DNA of 63,965 nt, counting the filler, from an uncultured bacterium (GTDB lineage: Bacteria > Hinthialibacterota > Hinthialibacteria > Hinthialibacterales > Hinthialibacteraceae): NCBI GenBank assembly GCA_964449065.1. It is 3 parts of 3 records of this genome, joined end to end, with 100 filler letters (N's around TTAATTAATTAA, not from the genome) between each part and the next. Parts side by side here need not be neighbours in the genome. Positions count along the whole stretch, not along the records: positions 1 to 25,254 come from CAYVAZ010000026.1; positions 25,355 to 49,989 come from CAYVAZ010000027.1; 1 more part is not named here. One strand, given 5' to 3'. A program made the translations under genes and the position numbers. Shown one piece after another: positions 18,786 to 28,103 of the stretch. Position 1 is the first letter of the stretch, and every line of letters begins with the position of its first letter. The notes under the pieces are model-generated. The model was given only the letters and a program-made list of their open reading frames with translations, was not told the origin of the DNA and made no database searches.

Positions 18786-20213
18786 ATGTCGAGCCAACAA
18801 ACCAACCGCAGACAATTTTTGCAATCAACCACAGCCGCAGCCGCCGGCCTTGCCGCGAGTCCATTATCGGGGTTTACGCAATCATCCGGCAGCAAGCCGT
18901 TGAACTTCATCCTCATCTTTTGTGATGATTTGGGCTATGGCGACCTGAGCGTGTTCGGCCACCCCACCATCCGCACGCCGCATTTAGACCGCATGGCGCA
19001 TGAGGGGCAAAAGTGGACGCAGTTTTATGCGGCCGCCAGCGTGTGCACTCCCAGCCGCGCCGCCATCTTGACCGGGCGCTATCCCATCCGCAGCGGCATG
19101 TGCAGCGATAAGCGCCGGGTGCTGTTTCCCGATTCAGCGGGGGGACTGCCATCGAGTGAAGTGACCATTGCCGAAGCGTTAAAAGCCAAAGGGTATGCCA
19201 CCGCGTGTGTCGGCAAATGGCATTTGGGGCACCTGCCGCAATACTTGCCCACCAGCCACGGGTTCGATTCATACTACGGCATCCCCTATAGCAACGATAT
19301 GGATAAAGATGTCCCGGAAGGCGGCAAGACGTGGGACGATTATAAATACGAATACTTCAATGTTCCGCTAATGCGTGATGAAGATATTATCGAACGCCCG
19401 GCGGATCAAACCACCATCACCAAACGCTATACCGAAGAAACGGTGAAGTTGATCAAACAGAACAAAGACAATCCCTTCTTCATCTATTTCGCGCACAGCC
19501 TGCCGCATGTGCCCCTGTTTACCCACGAACGCTTTAAGGGCACCAGCCTGCGCGGGTTGTACGGCGACGTGATCGAAGAGATTGATTGGAGCGTGGGGCA
19601 AGTTCTGCAAACGCTTCGGGATGAAGGCCTGGATGAAAACACGGTAGTGGTCTTTACATCGGATAACGGGCCGTGGCTGAGTTTTGATGAGCAGGGCGGA
19701 TCCTCCGGTCTATTACGGCAAGGTAAAGGGATGACCTTTGAAGGCGGTGTACGCGAACCGACCGTATTCTGGGGGCCGGGTACCGTCAAACCGGGTATTG
19801 TGCGTGATATGGGTTCCACCATGGATTTGCTGCCGACCTTCTGCAATATGGCGGGAGCCGATGTGCCGGATGACCGCGTCATCGACGGTGTTGATTTAAC
19901 CAACGTCATCAAACGCGAAGGGCACAGTGAACGCGATAACCTGATTTACTATCGCGGCCAACAGATATACGCCGCCCGTTTGGGCAAATACAAAGCCCAT
20001 TACATCACCCAGCTTGCGTATGTTCGTGACACCCAAAAAACAGAACACAATCCACCCTTGTTGTATGATTTGGAACATGATCCATCGGAAAAATACAACA
20101 TCGCCGAGCAGCATCCGGAAGTGATTGAGCAGATCAACAAAATGGTGGAAGAACATAAGAAATCCGTAATACCGGTGAAAGACCAACTGGCTGACCGGAT
20201 CGCGAAACAATAG
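18786..20213 (+). CDS. Tat-exported arylsulfatase (Cys-type, formylglycine-dependent)
   Basis: NRRQFL Tat leader; DDLGYGD, CTPSRAAILTGR, GKWHLG, SDNG motifs. Confidence 0.95.
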   Translation: MSSQQTNRRQFLQSTTAAAAGLAASPLSGFTQSSGSKPLNFILIFCDDLGYGDLSVFGHPTIRTPHLDRMAHEGQKWTQFYAAASVCTPSRAAILTGRYPIRSGMCSDKRRVLFPDSAGGLPSSEVTIAEALKAKGYATACVGKWHLGHLPQYLPTSHGFDSYYGIPYSNDMDKDVPEGGKTWDDYKYEYFNVPLMRDEDIIERPADQTTITKRYTEETVKLIKQNKDNPFFIYFAHSLPHVPLFTHERFKGTSLRGLYGDVIEEIDWSVGQVLQTLRDEGLDENTVVVFTSDNGPWLSFDEQGGSSGLLRQGKGMTFEGGVREPTVFWGPGTVKPGIVRDMGSTMDLLPTFCNMAGADVPDDRVIDGVDLTNVIKREGHSERDNLIYYRGQQIYAARLGKYKAHYITQLAYVRDTQKTEHNPPLLYDLEHDPSEKYNIAEQHPEVIEQINKMVEEHKKSVIPVKDQLADRIAKQ

Positions 20214-20222
20214 GGGAACACC

Positions 20223-20879
20223 ATGAAGACGTTTATTGTTAGTTGTTTCTTCGTTCTACTATCATTGCCGGGTTTCGCGCAAGAGAAAATCCGTTTTGAA
20301 AAGCCCGTGCTGGAAGGGGAGTATTCTCTCGAAGAGCTACTCTGGCAAAGGCGCTCGGTGCGTGAGTATCAAGACAAAACCCCGTCATGGGAACACATCG
20401 GCAAACTGCTGTGGGCGGCGCAGGGGATTACCCGCCCCGAATCCGGCGGACGAACATCGCCTTCCGCCTGGGGTTCGTACCCCTTGGACATCTATGTAAT
20501 CGTTGATTCGGGCGTATACCACTACCTTCCCAAAGACCATTCGGTTGAGCAGATCAAAGATTATGATGTGCGCGATGAACTGGAACAAGCAGGCATTGCC
20601 AGATCCATCGTCCACAACGCGCCCTGTGTGTTTGTGTTTGCCGCGGATATAAGCCGACTGACAACGTTCTGTGAGATTTTAGGCGATGTGCTGCGCTATA
20701 TTCATCAAGAAAGCGGGCACTCCGCGCAGAATTTGATCCTGCAAGCGGGGGCACTCGGTATGGGCGGTGTGCCCATCGGCGCGAACATTCCGCTCAAAGG
20801 CCAGCAAGTGATCGGTATTCCCGCCGAACAAAAATCCGTGTATATCATCGCGGCGGGATATAAGAAAGAATCCGAATAA
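20223..20879 (+). CDS. Nitroreductase-family (SagB/ThcOx-like) protein with signal peptide
   Basis: RRSVREY, LLWAAQG, RTSPSA..YPL, ESGHSAQNL motifs. Confidence 0.85.
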   Translation: MKTFIVSCFFVLLSLPGFAQEKIRFEKPVLEGEYSLEELLWQRRSVREYQDKTPSWEHIGKLLWAAQGITRPESGGRTSPSAWGSYPLDIYVIVDSGVYHYLPKDHSVEQIKDYDVRDELEQAGIARSIVHNAPCVFVFAADISRLTTFCEILGDVLRYIHQESGHSAQNLILQAGALGMGGVPIGANIPLKGQQVIGIPAEQKSVYIIAAGYKKESE

Positions 20880-20892
20880 AGGAGAAGCCCTA

Positions 20893-21792
20893 ATGTTGCA
20901 GCGTATTGTTATTCTTAGTTTTTGTATTTTACCATTTCTTGCGTTTACGGATGACGAACACCATGAGCCGATACTAATGCTCAATTCGGAAGTGGAGAAA
21001 TTGGGCGGCGGCTATAAGTTCACCGAAGGCCCCGCGGTTGATAAAGACGGCAATGTGTTTTTTACCGATCAGCCCAACGACCGTATATTACGTTGGGATG
21101 CCGAAACGGGTGAAATCACCACCTTCATGCAGCCCTGCGGCCGCTCGAACGGATTGTTCTTTGACCACGACGGCAACCTGCTCGCTTGCGCGGATGAAAA
21201 GAACGAACTGTGGTCAATCACTCCCGAAGGCGAAGTTACGGTGTTGGTGAAAGACTTTGAGGGCAAAAAACTCAACGGCCCCAATGATCTGTGGGTGCAT
21301 CCCGACGGTGCCATTTACTTTACCGATCCCTTCTACAAACGTCCCTGGTGGGATCACGAGGAGCCGGAACTGGACGTCAAAGGTGTATACCGTTTATCGT
21401 CCGACCGCAAAACCCTGATGCGGGTGGCGGAAGGATTTCAGCAGCCCAACGGCATCATCGGCAGCCGCGATGGTAAGACTTTATACGTAGCGGATATCGG
21501 AGATAAGAAGATTTATAAATACGAAATCGCGGATAACGGCTCGTTGCAAAACCGCAAACTCTTCTGCGAACACGGCTCGGACGGTATGACCATCGATAGC
21601 GAAGGCCATGTCTACCTCACCGGAGACGGAGTCTTAATCTTCAACAAAGAAGGCGAACAGGTCGAGCATATTAAAGTGGATGAACGCTGGACGGCTAACG
21701 TCTGCTTCGGCGGTACAGACCGCCATCTGTTATTCATTACCGCCAGCACTGGTGTATACGGTATCCGCACCCGAACGTTTGGCGTGCAATAA
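20893..21792 (+). CDS. SMP-30/gluconolactonase family protein
   Basis: FTEGP, SNGL, GPNDL, PNGI, SDGMTID, ANVCFGG motifs. Confidence 0.92.
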   Translation: MLQRIVILSFCILPFLAFTDDEHHEPILMLNSEVEKLGGGYKFTEGPAVDKDGNVFFTDQPNDRILRWDAETGEITTFMQPCGRSNGLFFDHDGNLLACADEKNELWSITPEGEVTVLVKDFEGKKLNGPNDLWVHPDGAIYFTDPFYKRPWWDHEEPELDVKGVYRLSSDRKTLMRVAEGFQQPNGIIGSRDGKTLYVADIGDKKIYKYEIADNGSLQNRKLFCEHGSDGMTIDSEGHVYLTGDGVLIFNKEGEQVEHIKVDERWTANVCFGGTDRHLLFITASTGVYGIRTRTFGVQ

Positions 21793-21798
21793 ATACCC

Positions 21799-21823
21799 CA
21801 CAGAGGCACGGAGAGCACAGAGA
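21799..21823 (+). repeat. CAC(A/G)GAG 8-9-bp periodic repeat (family G)
   Basis: CACAGAGG-CACGGAGAG-CACAGAGA just after a stop codon; recurs at 23385-23409. Confidence 0.7.
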
Positions 21824-21925
21824 ATTTTTTTTCAGGTAAGCGAGTCAGCCGTAACGGCCCTCCTCAAGATTCAGGCTTCTCTCGGCACAATGAAGCCGAC
21901 CGGGTATGTTCATACTGATTTTTTT

Positions 21926-21955
21926 ATTCGCGTTCATTCGCGTGTATTCGCGGTT
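21926..21955 (+). repeat. Solo right arm of the GxxExxY-associated unit (family F)
   Basis: ATTCGCGTTC-ATTCGCGTGT-ATTCGCGGTT, 29/30 identical to 62859-62888. Confidence 0.9.
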
Positions 21956-22019
21956 TAATTATAAAGAATCAGCACCACAAAGACATGAAGCAGCCAGTAT
22001 GGCTGAAAGGGGGATTGGC

Positions 22020-23375
22020 ATGAAATTCAATCGCAGACAATGGCTTCACAACACCGCTTTAGGCGCCGGAGGAATGGCGCTATCCGGCTGTATGGGAACG
22101 CAAAGGCAACCCGGCGGCAAGCAGCCCAACATCGTGATGATCATTTCAGACGATCAGGCGTGGGATGATTATTCATTCATGGGGCATGAGGCGGTTCAAA
22201 CCCCGAATATAGACCGCCTCAGCCGCCAGGGAGTGACCTTCACCCGGGGTTATGCGGCTTCACCGTTATGCTGCCCCTCCCTCGCTTCGCTTCTTACCGG
22301 CCTGCATCCGCACCAGCATCGAATAACCAGCAACGATCCGCCGAATGACAGCAAAGGGCCGCGGTACTCTCCCAAAGACTGGTCGGATGAACGCAAACAG
22401 GCCCGCGAACAAATGATATCCAATGTTGATTGGGTGCCATCCTTGCCCCGTATATTAGGAGAGCAAGGTTACCTTAGTATGCAAACCGGAAAGTGGTGGC
22501 TGGGGCACTACAGCCGTGGCGGTTTTACCCACGGCATGACGCACGGCGACATCATGAACGGAGGCCGCCACGGCGACGAGGGACTCAAAATCGGCCGCGA
22601 AGGCATGAAGCCCATCCATGATTTCATCGCCGAATCGCAAGCGAAGAATAACCCCTTCTTCTTATGGTATGCCCCCTTCTTGCCGCATACGCCGCACAAC
22701 CCGCCGGAACGCTTGCTCAAAAAGTACCGTGACAAAGCGGATTCAATCCACATCGCGCGCTATTGGGCCATGTGCGAGTGGTTCGATGAAACCTGCGGGC
22801 AGCTGCTGGATCATTTGGATGAAAAAGGCATTGCCGAAGACACGATTGTGCTGTATGCCTGCGACAACGGCTGGATTCAAAAGCCGCACGAACGCGGTTA
22901 TGCCCCCCGCTCAAAACGCACGCCATACGAGGGAGGAATCCGCACCCCCATCATGGTGCGCTGGCCGGGTCATGTGCAGCCGCGATTTGATGAGGACACG
23001 CTGATAAGCACCGTGGATCTGGCCCCGACAATTCTACACGCCTGCGGCTTGCAGCCGGATGCGCAAATGCAGGGCATTAACTTGCTCAACACATCCGCCC
23101 TGCGGCAGCGTGATACGGTTCTTGGTGCGGCATACACCCACGACGCGGTGGTGGTTGATCAACCCCTCACCAGCTTGCAGTACACCTACGCGCTGGAAGA
23201 CCATTGGAAACTGATTCAACCCACCGGACGCAACGATACCGGTACGAACCCTGAGTTATACAATGTCAAAGCCGACCCGTACGAAACCAGGGACTTGGCG
23301 CAGGTGAATCCCGCAATGGTCAGGCATCTGCAAGAGCGGATCCACAACTGGTGGCCGGAAGCGGTTGCGGTTTGA
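22020..23375 (+). CDS. Tat-exported sulfatase
   Basis: Likely ATG at 22020 (MKFNRRQWL); SDDQ, CCPSLASLLTG, GKWW, DNG motifs. Confidence 0.9.
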   Translation: MKFNRRQWLHNTALGAGGMALSGCMGTQRQPGGKQPNIVMIISDDQAWDDYSFMGHEAVQTPNIDRLSRQGVTFTRGYAASPLCCPSLASLLTGLHPHQHRITSNDPPNDSKGPRYSPKDWSDERKQAREQMISNVDWVPSLPRILGEQGYLSMQTGKWWLGHYSRGGFTHGMTHGDIMNGGRHGDEGLKIGREGMKPIHDFIAESQAKNNPFFLWYAPFLPHTPHNPPERLLKKYRDKADSIHIARYWAMCEWFDETCGQLLDHLDEKGIAEDTIVLYACDNGWIQKPHERGYAPRSKRTPYEGGIRTPIMVRWPGHVQPRFDEDTLISTVDLAPTILHACGLQPDAQMQGINLLNTSALRQRDTVLGAAYTHDAVVVDQPLTSLQYTYALEDHWKLIQPTGRNDTGTNPELYNVKADPYETRDLAQVNPAMVRHLQERIHNWWPEAVAV

Positions 23376-23384
23376 TTATCTCAC

Positions 23385-23409
23385 CATAGAGACACGGAGA
23401 GCACAGAGA
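23385..23409 (+). repeat. CAC(A/G)GAG periodic repeat (family G), copy 2
   Basis: Shares CACGGAGAGCACAGAGA with 21807-21823; 10 bp after a stop codon. Confidence 0.7.
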
Positions 23410-23414
23410 AAAAA

Positions 23415-24257
23415 ATGAACTATAAAATAGGTGAAAAGTTAATCATAAGTTTGGTAGGTGTTTTGATATTTGCAATGAATTCTTCCGCCCAATACGATAG
23501 CTTCGCCAATTTGAACAAAGAGAAACCCTTTCCGTGGAAAGAGGGTAAACGCTGTGCCGTCAGCTTAACCTTTGACGATGCCCGCCTAAGCCAGGTGGAT
23601 GTGGGTATGGACTTGTTTAAGAAACACAACGTACGCGCAACCTTTTATGTGATCCCCAGCCGTATGGAACAGCGGATGGACGAATGGAAGCAGATGATCC
23701 AACACGGCCACGAGCTGGGCAACCACACCGTCTCCCACCCCTGTTCCGGCAATTTTGAATTTACACGGGGTAACGCGTTAGAAAATTATACGTTAGACCA
23801 AATCGAAAACGAATTGGATGAAGCCAACCAAAGGATTATGGACCGCTTCGGCGTTGCGATGACCAGTTTCGCTTACCCCTGCGGGCATTCGTTTGTGGGG
23901 CGGGGAACCGAAGTGAAGAGTTACGTGCCAATCGTGGCTGAGTTGTTCACCTCAGGCCGGGGGTGGATGGGTGAAGATTCCAATGATCCCTGGTTCTGCG
24001 ATATGGCGCAGCTGCAAGGGATGGAAAGCGACGGCAAACCGTTTGACGAGATTCTGGAACGGGTGCGCAAAGCCGAACGCGAAGGCCGTTGGCTGATTCT
24101 GGCCGGACACGAAATTGGTGAGGGCGGCCGCCAAACCACATTGGTTTCCACATTAGAAAAACTGTTTGACTACGCGAACGATGACAAAAACGGCATCTGG
24201 CTCGACACCGTCGGCAATGTGTCCGAACATATTTTGGAAATGCGCGGGAAAGAGTAG
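23415..24257 (+). CDS. Polysaccharide deacetylase (CE4/NodB-like), exported
   Basis: SLTFDD, HELGNHTVSH, FAYPCG motifs. Confidence 0.88.
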   Translation: MNYKIGEKLIISLVGVLIFAMNSSAQYDSFANLNKEKPFPWKEGKRCAVSLTFDDARLSQVDVGMDLFKKHNVRATFYVIPSRMEQRMDEWKQMIQHGHELGNHTVSHPCSGNFEFTRGNALENYTLDQIENELDEANQRIMDRFGVAMTSFAYPCGHSFVGRGTEVKSYVPIVAELFTSGRGWMGEDSNDPWFCDMAQLQGMESDGKPFDEILERVRKAEREGRWLILAGHEIGEGGRQTTLVSTLEKLFDYANDDKNGIWLDTVGNVSEHILEMRGKE

Positions 24258-24326
24258 AATAGAAAGTGAATGGAAAACGAATTCTGATCTCCCCAACCAG
24301 TAGGAGATATTAATTGAGTTGATCGT

Positions 24327-24734
24327 ATGTCTATGCAGTCAAAGAAGAAAAGAGACCAAAAGAAAAAAAAGCAAAAAAAGAAATCCTCACTGAAATCGGC
24401 GGGTTTCAGTAAGAACCAGCGCGAAGAACACATGGATGTTTTGCAAAACATTGAATTCACGTTGATCACTGCTTACCGCAAAGACAAAACCGTCGATGAT
24501 TTTGTGCTCGGCAATTCCTTGCGGGAGTTGATCTACAACAAAACAATCGATGACTCGCGATCCAATGCAATCGCGGACCGCTTGCGGGAAGTTAGGGAAA
24601 TGCGTAGTGATATTTCGGATAAAATCTGGATCAAAGCGCTGCATACCATCATGGAATCCATCCATTTGCATTCGGCGCTGAATCCCGGTTCGAGAGGGTA
24701 CATCCATTTCATTTCTGAATTTATTCCGGGGTAG
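24327..24734 (+). CDS. Hypothetical protein
   Basis: 135-aa ORF with basic N-terminus, DVLQNIEF and RGYIHFI segments. Confidence 0.65.
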   Translation: MSMQSKKKRDQKKKKQKKKSSLKSAGFSKNQREEHMDVLQNIEFTLITAYRKDKTVDDFVLGNSLRELIYNKTIDDSRSNAIADRLREVREMRSDISDKIWIKALHTIMESIHLHSALNPGSRGYIHFISEFIPG

Positions 24735-25141
24735 GGTAGAGTATTGGGATTCACAAATGTACATGGGATTTGCCCTTGCCACCCGTTATTGCGCCAACGG
24801 GGAAAAGAACAGCACCTGGCTCGACATTCTCAGCAACATCTCACATTCCATCTTGGAAGTCTGCGAGAAAGCGGTGAGAGTAGCGTGACGGAATCCAATG
24901 GAAATAGAGCGCTTTATGCCAATTCTATTTTAGGATTGGTACGAGCGAAAACCGCTACGTCTTTCTTTCGCTAGGGGTTATCGCCGCGCTTAATCAACAA
25001 TCCTCACTGGAAACGGTATTACTACTGTAGGGAATGCCCCTTTGGCTGCCCTGTGGTGGGTTAACCACTGTGGGTTAGCCCTATCAAAATAAAAGATGGA
25101 ATAACGCACGTTTTGTATGCAACTTTGTTAAGATAACTCAA

Positions 25142-25231
25142 GTTACGCACTACATTATGATATGCCCGTTTTTCTCATCGTTCGCTGAATCTATCGCCCT
25201 CGCCCACTGGGAGAGGGACGGGGTGAGGGTT
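25142..25231 (-). repeat. Repeat family C (AACCCTCACCCC..CCTCTCCC..GGGCGAGGGCGATAGA), inverted relative to 27397-27486
   Basis: Reverse complement aligns over about 90 bp with 27397-27486. Confidence 0.8.
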
Positions 25232-25254
25232 CGGGAGGAATAAACCTCTAATGA

Positions 25255-25354
25255 NNNNNNNNNNNNNNNNNNNNNNNNNNNNNNNNNNNNNNNNNNNNTT
25301 AATTAATTAANNNNNNNNNNNNNNNNNNNNNNNNNNNNNNNNNNNNNNNNNNNN
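25255..25354. other. Artificial contig linker (N44-TTAATTAATTAA-N44)
   Basis: N runs around a six-frame-stop spacer; same structure at 49990-50089. Confidence 0.97.
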
Positions 25355-25382
25355 ACGTTCGGATTGGGAGGAACTGAACCTC

Positions 25383-25408
25383 CGGCTCGGCGGGAGCCTC
25401 GCCCTCCC
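25383..25408 (+). repeat. REP-like repeat family A
   Basis: Exact CGGCTCGGCGGGAGCCTCGCCCTCCC. Confidence 0.85.
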
Positions 25409-25434
25409 AAGCCGGACAGGTATGGATGATTGCT

Positions 25435-26871
25435 CTAGGCGGAATTTTCTTTTGCTTCGAGATAGGCAATTGCTTTTTGTAAGCGTTCGATAATGGAGTC
25501 TTTTGATAACACCACAAAGCAATTGAAGATGGGCGGGCTGATTTTTGTTCCGGTGAGGGCGATGCGGACAGCGGGGCCGAGTTTGTTCATTTTGATCTCA
25601 TGCTGTTCCATCAACTCATGAAATTTTTCTTCCCACGTTTGCATGGAAACATCTTCCGCACTTTCTTTGGTGAATTCCAGCAGGTCTTTTAGCGGCTCTA
25701 AGGCGACGGGTTTCAGCATCTTTTTGGCGTCTTGATCCACATATTCGAACGGTTCTTTTAAAACGAAATTCGACATTTCGAGCATTTCCACCAACGTTTT
25801 GGACCGTTCCTGCACCGCTTCAACCAGATTTAGCAGCCATTCATTTTTTTCCGGCTCATCAAATTGGCTGCTTTGGAAATGGCCGTGTATTCTGCCGAAC
25901 TCAACCAATCGTTTGGCGAGTTCTTCTTTTGGCATGGCGCGGATGTGTTCGGCGTTCAGCCATTCCAATTTTTTGGGATCGAACACGGCGGAGGATTTGT
26001 TGCATTTGCTAATTTCAAAGAGTTTGATCAGTTCGTCCTTTGTGAAGAATTCCTGATCGCCGTGCCCCCAGCCTAAGCGGGCGAGGTAGTTGATCATGGC
26101 TTCGGGAAGATAGCCTTGATCGCGGTATTCCATAACACCGGTGGCACCGTGACGTTTGGAGAGGCGCGCTTTGTCTTCCCCTAAAATTTGCGGGAGATGG
26201 ATGAATTTTGGCAGTGAATAGTTCAACGCTTGAAAGATGAGAACTTGGCGCGCGGTGTTGTTGAGGTGGTCATCCCCGCGGATGACATGGGTGATTTTCA
26301 TATCGACATCATCTACTACGACTGCGAGATTGTATGTGGGAGAGCCGTCGGTGCGGAGAAGAACCAAATCATCCATTTGGGTATTGTCGATCACAATGCT
26401 GCCGCGAATCGGGTCTTCCACCGTGGTTGAGCCTTCCAGCGGGGTTTTTAAACGGACACAAAATGGCGTGCCGTCATCCGGATAGTTTTCGTTTCGGCAG
26501 CGGCCGTCATAGGCAGGGGTTTTTCCGGCTTTTTGCTGCTCTTCGCGCAGGGCTTCTATGCGTCCGGTGGAACAGCGGCAACGGTATGCCGTTCCGTCAT
26601 CCAGCATACGGTGGACTTCGCTTTTGTGGCGCTGCAGATGCGCGCTTTGATAGACCGGATCCTCGTCGAAGTCCAACCCCATCCACCGCATGGATTCCAA
26701 GATGGCGTGTTCGAACTCTTTTTTGGAGCGTTCTTTATCGGTATCTTCGATTCGCACAAAATATTGGCCGTTGTTATGCCGGGCGAATAGAAAGTTGTAT
26801 AAGGCGGTGCGGAAGTTACCGATATGGGGGTTTCCGGTTGGGCTGGGAGCAAAGCGAACACGAACGGACAT
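25435..26871 (-). CDS. gltX: Glutamate--tRNA ligase
   Basis: RFAPSPTG, HIGN, RIEDTD, IRGDDH, LSKRH motifs. Confidence 0.97.
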   Translation of the reverse strand: MSVRVRFAPSPTGNPHIGNFRTALYNFLFARHNNGQYFVRIEDTDKERSKKEFEHAILESMRWMGLDFDEDPVYQSAHLQRHKSEVHRMLDDGTAYRCRCSTGRIEALREEQQKAGKTPAYDGRCRNENYPDDGTPFCVRLKTPLEGSTTVEDPIRGSIVIDNTQMDDLVLLRTDGSPTYNLAVVVDDVDMKITHVIRGDDHLNNTARQVLIFQALNYSLPKFIHLPQILGEDKARLSKRHGATGVMEYRDQGYLPEAMINYLARLGWGHGDQEFFTKDELIKLFEISKCNKSSAVFDPKKLEWLNAEHIRAMPKEELAKRLVEFGRIHGHFQSSQFDEPEKNEWLLNLVEAVQERSKTLVEMLEMSNFVLKEPFEYVDQDAKKMLKPVALEPLKDLLEFTKESAEDVSMQTWEEKFHELMEQHEIKMNKLGPAVRIALTGTKISPPIFNCFVVLSKDSIIERLQKAIAYLEAKENSA

Positions 26872-26979
26872 TGGTTTTCCTTATTCAAAACAAAATCACA
26901 ACAATAGTGCAATAAATTTTTGTCTGAAATTGATTATGTGGAAGGGATGCATATAGTATAAACTTAAAAACAGTGATTA

Positions 26980-27270
26980 GTGACAAGCACCGAACCCTCA
27001 AAAAAGCCTTGAGGGATAGACCGAAAATGAAACACTTGGAATCTTGTAGCACAGGCTTCCAGCCTGAAATTGAGTGATTTAGCAAGATGCTCATACGACT
27101 AGACTTACAAAAGTGTTTCTTAGGAGTGACGAGCACCGAACCCTCAGATATAGCGTTGAGGGATATAGCGAAAGGCTAACACGATAAGGCTGTTAGTACG
27201 TAATCCATCCTGAGTTTAAGTTAGTGAAGATACGCAAATGATGATTGACTACAGAGGATTTTGTTATAGA
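26980..27270. repeat. Two diverged tandem units, about 146-bp period, each with a CCCTCA/TGAGGG hairpin
   Basis: GTGAC(A/G)AGCACCGAACCCTCA at 26980 and 27126. Confidence 0.65.
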
Positions 27271-27396
27271 CCAAATTGTCTTAGTCAAATGCAATATCTA
27301 TCGTCTTCTCCCTTTGGGAGAAGATAAGAGATGAGGGTGAAGAGAGCGATTGCTCCCTTTGACGCAACAGCGTTGTTAGGGGTAATTGTCACCATA

Positions 27397-27486
27397 AACC
27401 CTCACCCCACACCTCTCCCGGTGGGCGAGGGCGATAGATGCAGCGAATGATTAGAATATCGAGTATATCGTAACAACTGTGTAACC
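27397..27486 (+). repeat. Repeat family C copy, with a degenerate inverted partner at about 27305-27340
   Basis: AACCCTCACCCCACACCTCTCCCGGTGGGCGAGGGCGATAGATGCAGCGAATGA. Confidence 0.8.
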
Positions 27487-27490
27487 TCAG

Positions 27491-28024
27491 TTATTGATAT
27501 TGGGATTTGAACATCGCCAGAACCAGTTGGGATGACTCGCTGAATTCATTGTTGAATTCTTCTAAATCGATCACTTTCTTTTCCAGTAAAAGATCTAAAA
27601 GTCTAAAGACGGCTTGGCGTTGTTGGGCGGTTTTGGCTGCCAGAGGGTTTCTGGGTTTTCCACCTTCTACCACATGGCGGAGGGATTCGAAGGAGCGGAT
27701 GGCATCGACCTTGGTTTCGAACTTTTCAAACAGGTCCAGCACTTTACTGATGTTCATAAAGCGTTTCACAACATTGCCGGGACGGAGTATTTTGACGGCG
27801 CCGCCGGAGGCCAATACTTCCCGGTTGGCTTTTAATAAAACCATGATGGCTTGGCTATCGATGAATTGGATTTCTTCAAAGTTGAGCAAGACGCAGACGC
27901 GAGAGCGATCAATCAGCTTATTGATAATTTGTTCCAGCTGCTGGGCGCTGGTTTTGTTCATCTCACCGGATAGATTTAAGATGGTGACGATATCGCGGTC
28001 TTCAACTGTGATTCGCATAGGCAC
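27491..28024 (-). CDS. STAS-domain anti-sigma-factor antagonist with C-terminal extension
   Basis: ILNLSGE..LLNFEEIQFIDSQAI STAS motif. Confidence 0.85.
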   Translation of the reverse strand: MPMRITVEDRDIVTILNLSGEMNKTSAQQLEQIINKLIDRSRVCVLLNFEEIQFIDSQAIMVLLKANREVLASGGAVKILRPGNVVKRFMNISKVLDLFEKFETKVDAIRSFESLRHVVEGGKPRNPLAAKTAQQRQAVFRLLDLLLEKKVIDLEEFNNEFSESSQLVLAMFKSQYQ

Positions 28025-28103
28025 CTTTTAACGTGAAGATGGCTGAATTATAAATCCATATTAGACTATTTTAAAATAAATTTTCGGTTTTAAGAGAATT
28101 ATC

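Noticed and set aside
25255..25354. TTAATTAATTAA palindrome as a biological site, and gene linkage across it
   Set aside because: It is flanked by fixed N runs and repeated at 49990-50089, so it is an artificial contig joiner.
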